64,000 bases of DNA, from contig OZ024741.1 in the NCBI GenBank assembly GCA_964016885.1, positions 199,578,001 through 199,642,000 on the forward strand. Reading direction: 5' to 3'. The notes beneath the pieces were generated by a model. That model saw only the letters and a program-made list of their open reading frames with translations. It did not search any database and was not told the origin of the DNA. How positions within the stretch are numbered: the stretch's first letter is position 1; every line of letters begins with the position of its first letter. The DNA comes from Eledone cirrhosa (taxonomy: Eukaryota). The position numbers and the translations under genes are program-made. Below, in pieces: positions 54,147 through 64,000 of this stretch.

Positions 54147-56875
54147 TGTAGTGACCTACATTCCGTGGGCTCACATACATTCTCTGTGCGTGATTTGGCT
54201 CAGTTCAGCCAATCAGCGCCAGTAGAAGAGGATGTATTCCTACGCGCCTTGAGGAAGAAATTCCCCGCGAAGATTTGAAGAATCTCTCTCTTGTACCAGG
54301 AATTTCGAACCAGCAACACGCATAATGTAACGGTGAGATTTTGCACCCTAGCCTCGCCGGCTTAACGGCGCAATGGCACATTCCCTTTTGTAACCTCTTT
54401 TTATCTGTAACTTCAACCATATAAGTTAACAAACATTGTTTGTGCTACATCAAAAATAAACATACATTTCATCTCTAATTTCTGCTGTTGAAATCATTAT
54501 TATGTTACTCGTATCTCAATAACATATGTAATCCATGCTGCTGGAATTGGCGACCTGACGAAAGGAATATTGTAAATACAAAGATGGTAAATAGATCGAG
54601 GGACCTTCCCTCACGTCTATGTCGACAAGACAATCCAACGAGGATACTATCACTTTGTCAACTAACGACCTTCATTCAACTACCCTGCTAAAGTGGTGAC
54701 AGACGTAAGAATTTAACGCAGCCCTTCTTTTTTATTCAGTTGAACTTTTATTGCCATGTTGCCGGCCTTTTCGCAACTTGCGAAAATACAAAATATTCCT
54801 TTTAAGATTTTTGAAAGATTAGCAGTATTTCAAAAACTTTTCGCCACGAGGAAATTTCAAAATGGCTACCGACAGGTCCTGGCTACACTCGACAACAACA
54901 ACGACAGGAGCAGCAGCGGCATCGACAGCATTGTTTAACCACTGACCAACGACAGGGAATAGTGAGATGGCAGCTTCATAGCCTTACCGACGCAAACCAC
55001 CACACATTGGAAATTTCAAAACGGCTTGTAACTTTACCGACGCAACCACCATACCTTCTGTCTCGTTACCACAGGGACTCGAGAAATTGAGACAGTAGTT
55101 TTCTCACCATTATGGCGTCAGACGTGGCTGCCATGTTTGGTGACTGCTACTCTACAGAAGATTCTTTGATTTTGCTTTAACAATAATCAACACAACCTTA
55201 TGCCACACAAGGTGGCAGGACGGTAAAATGGCCACGAAAACTCACAAAAACACCATACATCTAACCCCTAACGGCATTAACAAACTTCTTTTTCAGTTTT
55301 CAGATAGAACTAGTGTCTGTACACTGGTGATGTGTGAACTATTTGACTTTGAAAAACTTTGAACTTTTCATTGAGCAATTTCTCTGCTCCCTTAGATTGA
55401 CTTTGAATTATCAGTTTGTTACATTCACATATTTCTTTGTGGAATGCATTTACTTGTTTTGTGCTCGTTTGCTATTTGCTTGCTCATGGTTTTTGTTCAT
55501 TCACATTCTTTGCTGTTTTACATGCCTGCATATGCACACATTTTTTTGTCACACACCAACATGTTGTTCTTGGTATATGTTCTTCAAACGTAATATTCTG
55601 CGAGTCCCTTTTCACCTGGTTGAGGTGCTGTCACATGCTAGCAGCTCACAGAGCTTAATCCACTGGATTCAAACAGGCACCGCAACACGAGAATACTAAT
55701 TGCAACTGAACTCAAACAGTTTTGCATCTCGTTGCACACTGATCGTCCATGACGGCCTTCGTCTTGTTGTTTTTGCCCGACTCGCTGGGAAAACAGCAAA
55801 TAGAACTGGACTTGTCAGCATTTCAGCCACTTCTGTGGATTCGCCCGAATTATGGAATTTACACTGCAACCCACCTACAGATTAAACTTGCTTTTCTTTC
55901 TTTTCAAAGCAACCAGCCATTTTTTTCTGGCTCCCTAGCACATTCGGCAATACATCTGGGAGGCCAACATTTTCACGCCTACCCATCATCTTCTTGCCAG
56001 TACTGGTAAACTACCATAATAGCTTCGTCCACAGCTACTGGTACAGCACTTACCATTAACATTAAATGCAAGAGCAGCAACTTCGCCCATGTCAGACTTT
56101 ATCCGTTTTTGTTAGACCTTTACTGGTCTCGTATAAACAACAAAACAGCTGGTCATTTGACACAGCGGCTCATTTTATTTCTTGCATGCAGCCTTCTGCC
56201 CAATTATTTTTTGCACTGATGTGCTCTTTCAGCATTTGTTCTTGCTGATTCAATAATCTGTATCGACTTCCTTGTGGGTCCTTGGCTTCTTCGTTTACGA
56301 TTTTCGGCTAAAAATCTGCTCGGGGATATTGTAGTGACCTACATTCCGCGTGCTCACATACATTCTCTGTGCGTGATTTGGCTCAGTTCAGCCAATCAGC
56401 GCCAGTAGAAGAGGATGTATCCCTACGCGCCCTGAGGAAGAAATTCCCCGCGAAGATTTGAAGAATCTCTCTCTTGTACCAGGAATTTCGAACCAGCAAC
56501 ACGCATAATGTAACGGTGAGATTTTGCACCCTAGCCTCGCCGGCTTAACGGCGCAATGGCACATTCCCTTTTGTAACCTCTTTTTATCTGTAACTTCAAC
56601 CATATAAGTTAACAAACATTGTTTGTGCTACATCAAAAATAAACATACATTTCATCTCTAATTTCTGCTGTTGAAATCATTATTATGTTACTCGTATCTC
56701 AATAACATATGTAATCCATGCTGCTGGAATTGGCGACCTGACGAAAGGAATATTGTAAATACAAAGATGGTAAATAGATCGAGGGACCTTCCCTCACGTC
56801 TATGTCGACAAGACAATCCAAAGAGGATACTATCACTTTGTCAACTAACGACCTTCATTCAACTACCCTGCTAAA
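54147..56875 (+). mobile_element. Non-autonomous LTR retrotransposon (546-bp LTRs, 1.64-kb non-coding interior)
   Basis: LTRs 54147-54692 and 56330-56875 (TGTAG...CTAAA), about 5 differences by eye; PBS-like TGGTGAC at 54694; GGGGA before the 3' LTR; flanks CTAC/GTAC; empty site visible at ~51975-51995. Confidence 0.85.
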
Positions 56876-59000
56876 GTACATTGGTCAAATCTCCATTTGA
56901 CGATGTAAATTGGAAATATTGGGTTAACCACAGCCCCATACACATACACACACACAAGCAAGTAAGTTCAGTTCAGTGTTCTGTTATACATGTATAGATT
57001 GAATTGTAACATCCGTATCTTCAAGTGTATGTTATGTTATATACACATCCGTATCGTCCGAAAAAGTGTATGTCAGGTATATACACATCCGTGTGAAGAG
57101 CAAGCAATCAGCTCATATCGAACTCAGTATGTACCGCTGTCCCATTGAGAGTCTGAGTCCCCAAAACCGTGCGTGCAAGCAACCGCAATGTAGGCCAGCA
57201 GAGGGCTCCGTGTAGGGTTGGGTATTTGGGTTAATGTGTCGGTAGTGCGATTTCCGGTCAAATGGGCCCATGGACATATTGTGCGAGATGATGTTGTAGC
57301 TATGCGTTTTCTTAGGTAGGAACTCAATCTCTATATTATGGCCGGATCTAGCTAATGCTTGATTATAATATTGTGAGTTTTTGCTAAATATGTTTGCGTC
57401 ATAGGATAGATTAGAGATTCTATTGGATACCCCCTTAGAGATAGAGTTTAATATTGATCTAGGGTGATTAGACTTGGTATCCACGTAAATGAGTTTTTCG
57501 TTAGGCTTTTGAAAGGTGTATATATTTTTGAGTCTAGGTATAGTGTGGCGTCTAGGAAGTTAACATTTTTAGTGTTTTTTTCCATGGTGATACTAAGGTT
57601 AAAGTTTTTGAATGTCTTGTGCAATAGTTTTCTAGTTCTTTCTATATTGAATTTTTTATATTCTATAAGTAGAAGTGCATCATCGCGGTACAAACCACCG
57701 TTGAGGTAAGGGAGGTCCTTATGGATTTCATTAAGTAGGTATAGGCCGACCAAATCAGTGACCTGCGCCGAGTCACTAGATCCCATGGTTATGTCGAAGT
57801 TGTTGTGCGTATCCTTGCGGGTCCATAGTTGGTCCTCGAAGGTGATTATGGTTTTACGGGCCGCAAGGATGACATCAATCTGGACTCTAGACAGGTCGCT
57901 ATTGTTCATGGCCATGATTAGTGCCTTATTTAATAGGATAGGGGAAATAGAGGTGTAGTATGAATTGATATCAAATTGAATAAATTTTCTATCCTTATTA
58001 TTCTTGATATCTTTGAACTATTCAATAACTTCACCCGTATTTCCCCATTGTTTAAGGTGTATCTTGTGTTTAATTTGTGGGATGATTTTATCTAAAATTT
58101 TCTTGCTGATAATACCAATGTCGGACTTGGAAGGGCAGATAAGTCTAATCGATGGGTTGCTAATGAAGTCCTCCTTATCATCCTTCAGAGAGAATCTAGG
58201 TTGGTTTGGCGTGTATGGTTGTGTATGCCTCTGAAGTACTAGTTTAGAAACTATATTATATCCCTCTATATTAATATCCTCTAAGTTTTTCAAAGTAGTT
58301 TTCTTGTAGCTTTTATGTAGTTCATTATATATAAACTTTCTATAAGTATTATAATCTAGGCTGTATATGTTATTAGTTTTATCTGCGTGTACAATAATGT
58401 TATTACTAGTTTTGAATTCATTAATAGAGGTGTTAAGTTTGTTTAAGAAGGTGTTGCTTCTATTATGGTGCTTATTGTATTTAATGTTCTTAACTAGTTT
58501 TACTAGGTCATTTTCAAAGGAGTTAAGTAGTGTGTTATGAGGGGGGCTTTTAAAGGTTTTAAAGCCGAAGGAGTCAAATTTGTTAGTATTATTAACATTG
58601 TTAGATCTGTTTCTATCATAATGGAATGTCCTCCATCTCACTCTATTGATAAAGGAATTTACACTGTTGATCAGCAATTTCTCATATGTATTCTTGGATG
58701 GTATTGGTATGTTCTTGGTTGACATGGGGAGTTGGTCTTTGATTAGCATATTGGTAATTTATTGTATGTCAGCTCAACACTATGGAGCAGTTAATAGTAT
58801 TAATTATACTATTTATGGTTATGCAAATACAAAAACCTTTTGCAGTTATATATATTTTTATAAACCTTAAATAGTGGTAGGCAGTAATATATTACTACCT
58901 TATTACCAGTAAGTTAAATAGCTCAATGTAAAAACATCAGATGATTTACAGAGCAGTTATATGAATTATAATAATCAAAGAACTGTTCAAAACATTTTTA

Positions 59001-59047
59001 TGCTTACAACTGTTTCCTCCAAACCGAGGTTTGGTTTCTTCGGAGCA
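59001..59047 (-). ncRNA. Degenerate hammerhead (core CCGAAGA)
   Basis: tgct-CCGAAGA-aa ccaaac ctcg gtttgg ag-GAAA-cagttg-TA-agca. Confidence 0.5.
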
Positions 59048-59335
59048 ATTTATTATTGAATGAACACTTATATGACCTCCTTTTCACCCAAGAGACATAC
59101 AGATACATATGCAAATATTGTGGGTCAACATTCATTATAACATTTAGAGTGGCAGTACACACTTAAAGATTATATTCATATTAAAAGATACAATCAAAAA
59201 TACAGGTTAAAATACAACATGAAATTAAGCGGTTATATAGTGCAAAGGTTATATGTGTGGCAAGCACGTGCGTCTTGTTTATATAGTGTGGCAGAGAGTT
59301 ACGTGTAGTAGAAGCAGTTAAGCAGGTAATCGAGA

Positions 59336-60996
59336 GTGTACGTACTGACTCTCGAGCCACTACTGCGGAAGCTGGAGCTATTGCAGGGCATCCCTCTGGA
59401 ACCGGGACTGCGGAAAGCGGCGTCGGCCTACGCCGACGACGTGACAGTAATGGTGTCGAGCGCCTCGCAAATCGAGGAAGTCTGCACCTTACTGAAGGAA
59501 TACGAAAGTCTCACAGGAGCGAAGCTGAACCGGGACAAGTCCATCGGTTTGCAACTCGGATCGTGGAGAGGCAAACCGATGCCTTCCGATGGCGTCGTCG
59601 GACGCTGGACGGAAGGACCGGTAAAGCTGCTCGGGGTCTGGTTTGGTCCGGACCTCCAGGTGGAGAAGAACTGGAACGAAGTGACGGCCAAGGTGTTTGC
59701 ACTCACCCAGAAGTGGGCCGAGTGCAAACTATCCTTGAAAGGTCGAGCGGAGGTGGCGAACACTTTAATAGCGTCCACCATCTACTACCGCTTGACCGTC
59801 GTGCCTTGTCCAGCCTAAACGCTCGCCAAAATGGAGCGCGTGCTCTTTCGATTCCTTTGGAAGAGGCGGGCTCCTTTGGTGAGAAGATCCATCTGCTGCC
59901 AACACCCTTCTAACGGAGGGCTGGGGATGCCGTGGTTGACGATGCGCAAACACGCGCTCAGGCTGCGGCATCTCTACGTATTCCTCACCGGACAACCGGT
60001 GTGGGCCCCGTTCGTGAGGCGAGCCTTCCCACGACTCGTCTCGCTGACCGAGCTGCAGTCCTGGGTCAAGCAAAGACCGAGGAAAATGGGCGATCAGTGG
60101 AGACTTCACTTCGTCATTCTATAGAGGGTTGGTCCGCAGCAAGTGCGACAACGCGCTCGGTGAAACTCTAGGCGTAGAGGAAGATGAACTGGCCAGTCTG
60201 TTCGGTAGGACCTTCCGCCCGGGACCGATGGACAACTTCCAAAAGTCCCTGGCCTGGCAGTGCTACCGAGGAGCTCTACCAGTTCGAGATAAGCTCTACA
60301 GACATGGGCGCCCGGGCAGGGACCCTGCAAAAAAGATCTGTCCGAGGTGCGTGCGAGACGAAGAAACCGTCGCGCACGCATTCATACACTGCCCGGGCGT
60401 CACTGACCTGTGGGGCTATGTAGAACGACTATTGTCGCGGGTGGCACCAATCCAGTTGACCACCGAGTCCATTGTCATGATCAAACTGCCACCCTCCTTC
60501 AAAAACGAAGGAGAGGCGGTTTTCCTTTGTGTGATAGCTATGGCGAAAGAGGTTGTATGGTGGACAAAGTTGAAAGGCTGAGGTCAGACACCTTTCTCTC
60601 CGGCCAACAACTGATTCTTTTTTTCAAATACCACTTTGGAAGAAGAATCAGGATGGAGAGAGAGATGCTGTACCCCAACAGGTTTTATGAAAGGTGGGTG
60701 AAAGTGGCGAGAATGGCCCGAGTGAATGGGCCTTCTCTCTATATCAGCCTGTAGGTTAAAGAAAAGGAGGAGCAGAGGAAAGGAGTACAAACTCTTCGTA
60801 CTCCTGGAGATGAGGGTTGCACATCTTTTTTTTTTCGGGGGTATGTGTTACCCATATAAACTGTCTCCCTCTATTGGGGAAAATCGACTAACTTTTTAAA
60901 TTCCATTTGTGATAACATTTTACACGTTTTTATTGTATGTAAACTTCCCCCTTTGTATTTGTCCCCTTCTTTTGTGCCCCTGTAGCTAATAAAGAA

Positions 60997-60997
<1 letters not shown>
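59336..60997 (+). mobile_element. 5'-truncated L1/Tx1-clade LINE ORF2 (RT C-half, zf-RVT)
   Basis: LYVLTLEPLL, SAYADDV, GAKLNRDKS, LSLKGR, GGLGMP, CPRC...ETVAHAFIHC; AATAAAG followed by (ATCT)n. Confidence 0.9.
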
Positions 60998-61054
<57 letters not shown>

Positions 61055-61076
61055 TTATCTATCTATCTATATTTAT

Positions 61077-61191
<115 letters not shown>

Positions 61192-61562
61192 GTGTGTGTG
61201 TGTCTGTGTCTGTGCTTGTTTGTTTGTTTGTGTGTGTGTAATCGTTAAACAGAAATAACAAAAATAATAGCACAGTACATGGAAGAAATATATTAGTTTA
61301 ATATATATATATATACATATATATATATATCAAGGTTTAGCAATGGATAATCCATGCGGAACACCATTGAGAAGGAGACTTTCGTCAGAGGGTTCTTCTT
61401 ACTCGGAGAATATAAAATTCCCGAGCTCAAATCACGAACTGGCGCCATACAGAACTGTTCCCAGATGAGAGTGTATGATAAAGAAACAATCTTGTCTAGT
61501 GCCGTGTATGTATATATATATATATATATGGTTAGATTATCAATATTAGTATTATTGGGGCA

Positions 61563-61689
61563 CCCACTGATGAATTATAGGAGCCCACTTGAATATATAT
61601 CTATTGATGGTGTACAATCTCCTACATAAACTGGTATAATTTCACCCAAATTGTAGGAATCCTATAATGAAACGAGACGTCCGTCTGGG
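61563..61689 (+). ncRNA. Type I hammerhead with large branched stem II
   Basis: ccca-CTGATGA-attatagga...tcctataat-GAAA-cg agacgtc cg-TC-tggg. Confidence 0.8.
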
Positions 61690-62262
61690 AAGAGATATAT
61701 TAGATATGTCTCATTTGAAATAATACAGCCAACTTTCCACGCGATACTTTTAGTTAGCACCCCGAACACATAATTGGGAATATAATCACTTATTTCCTAA
61801 TGTTCGTTGAGTGAGTTGGAATTTGGCCGGAGTATCGCTAAAAAGCTTTCTCCGATATTGTATTTATTTACTTACTCTTGGCGCAGCAGATTTGAAAAAA
61901 TTCCCGGTATAAGGTCAGCATTTCTTTGTGTATTTTTTATATATGAATATTGATTGTTCCTTATATCTCATTCTGTTATTTTGCCCGAGAAAATATCTGT
62001 GTGTGTCATCAAATGTTGTACACACAGATTTTTTTCAATTTCCAATTGAGTTCTTAGCACGTGGCGTGAATTCCTTTCAGAGTTTATTGTCACGCGCATG
62101 TATTGTTTTTTGGCGGTAATTCACTTCCTCATTTTTGAATCAGTTCGAGCACTTCTTTCAGAACTGCTGGACTGGCAACCTGACAGATACCTCAGGCACA
62201 GAAAGTGATTATCGCTAAATGCTGATGTTGGTTAGATTATCAATATTAGTATTATTGGGGCA

Positions 62263-62389
62263 CCCACTGATGAATTATAGGAGCCCACTTGAATATATAT
62301 TGATTGATGGTATACAAGCTCCTACATAAACTGGTATAATTTCACCCAAATTGTAGGAGTTCTATAATGAAACGAGACGTCCGTCTGGG
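62263..62389 (+). ncRNA. Second copy of the branched-stem-II hammerhead
   Basis: Identical core; attatagga/ttctataat keeps pairing through a G-U. Confidence 0.8.
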
Positions 62390-62580
62390 AAGAGATATAT
62401 TAGATATATCTCATTTGAAATAATACAGCCAACTTTCCACGCAATACTTTTAGTTAGCACCCCGAACACATGATTGAGAATATAATCACTTATTTCCTAA
62501 TGTTCGTTGAGTGAGTTGGAATTTGGCCGGAGTATCGCTAAAAAGCTTTCTCCGATATTGTATTTATATATATATATATA

Positions 62581-62992
62581 ATACAGAAGACCCGCCTTGC
62601 CTAAGTACAAAGCGAAACCTACAGTCAGTAGGCACCTCTTAACCAAAATACACCCCCGTCCCACTACCCTACCCCCAACCCCATCTACACCACCCCTCTC
62701 GATGTAAAGTTATGTTGGTACCACAACATCCAGTCCTAAATAAATGAGGTCGTGTAGGTGTCACGACAAAAAAACACACAGTCCAAGCTGTAATGTGGCC
62801 GTGTAGGTAACACGGTAAAAATCTCCCAGTCCACACTGTAAACGTGGTTGGTGTTAGGAAGTGCATCCAGCCGTAGAAAACTTGCCAGACAGTCCTACTC
62901 GAGCAAGACAACCAATCTTGCCTCAAGTGGGACAATTCCCGTCTAAACCCATGATAGCGTGGAAGATAGACGTTAAACGATGATGATGATGA

Positions 62993-62996
<4 letters not shown>
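62581..62996 (+). mobile_element. RTE LINE 3' UTR fragment with (GAT)n tail
   Basis: Matches 30416-30858 and the reverse complement of 33533-33930. Confidence 0.85.
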
Positions 62997-63076
<80 letters not shown>

Positions 63077-63458
63077 GTTATCCCGGGTTCAATGGGGGTA
63101 GCCACAGTAAGTAAGGTACTCAATACAAAGCGGAGGATAAATGTTTAATATAGAAAAGCTTCTAGAACCGTTTCACTCGTGAGAAATCATCAAGAAGCTG
63201 ACTGTCCAAGTAAATATGGTGGTATGTATGTATGTATGTATGGTGGTATGTATATATGTATGTATATATATATATGTGTGTATATATATGTATATGTATA
63301 TGTGTATATGTGTGTTTGTATTATTTTTTTATTATTATTACTATTATTCATGTTGTATTATTTTGTCACATATCCTCTATATATATATCCGTATATGTAT
63401 GCATGAGTCCGTGTACGTGGGTGTGGGTGTATGTGTGTGTGTATATATATATATATGC

Positions 63459-63526
<68 letters not shown>

Positions 63527-63849
63527 GTGTATATATGTATAATAGGGGGCGATATATATATCATATTGTATATTATTTTACATTGTATATTTTTTTTATG
63601 TTACGATAATTTACCTTTTTTATTGCATAATGTATTTTTAACTGTTTACTTACAGGTGTGTTTATATAAGTATATGTGGTGGCACTTTTGTGTGTGTAGG
63701 CAGATGTGCATGCGTGCAGGTGTATACTTGTGGCAACATGTAGCGTATGCATGTGTAGATGTATGTATATCGGCCTGTGCGTGGGTATTTGTATGTATAT
63801 GTGTGGATGTGCGTATGCATGTTAAGTTGTGCCTTTTCTTCTGTGTGTA

Positions 63850-63926
<77 letters not shown>

Positions 63927-64000
63927 ATGTACGTGTGTAGGTAATGTTTATGTACGTATGTGTATTCGTATGTATGTGTGAGAATACATCTGTGTATATA

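Larger units (their letters stand above)
53433..58749 (-). mobile_element. Naiad-like PLE: disrupted RT (57113-58749), no recognisable GIY-YIG, interrupted by an LTR element
   Basis: STKNIPIP, RVRWR, ADKTNNIY, LKD.KEDF..NPSIRLICPSKSDIG, FDINSYY, FDITMGSSDSAQVTDLVGLYLL, GLYRDDAL, SNHP. Confidence 0.85.
61529..62567 (+). mobile_element. Non-coding element with two 339-bp direct repeats, each with a hammerhead (700-nt period; retrozyme-like)
   Basis: Repeats 61529-61867 and 62229-62567; (TA)n on both sides; no credible ORF. Confidence 0.8.

Noticed and set aside
54553-54570. CTGACGA in the LTR as a hammerhead core
   Set aside because: No stem II followed by GAAA downstream
57113-58749. Selenocysteine recoding as reported for some Naiad elements
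   Set aside because: The interruptions are a TAG and a frameshift, not in-frame TGA; no SECIS recognised
61455-61500. Hammerhead-like CAGATGA...GAAAcaa tc ttgTC
   Set aside because: Mutated core and no stem II pairing

Overview
AT-rich animal genomic DNA. The SINE and retroelement families and the very long (TA)n tracts suggest an octopus/cephalopod (inference). The only likely host gene is two terminal coding exons (637-756, 2940-3083) encoding a FERM C-terminal lobe resembling MyTH4-FERM myosins. The rest is a dense pile of mobile elements inserted mostly into (TA)n microsatellites: several Penelope-like element (PLE) families (RT and GIY-YIG fragments, two of them Naiad-like), RTE and Tx1/L1 LINEs, tRNA-derived SINEs, a maT/Tc1-like transposase relic, a MITE and a young non-coding LTR element. 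A feature the ORF track misses is about 20 type I hammerhead ribozyme motifs on both strands. Some lie in non-coding, terminally redundant units of 305, about 499 and 700 nt that look like retrozymes (circular-RNA-forming retroelements); others lie in long fold-back palindromes. All calls were made by eye; no folding or database search was run.
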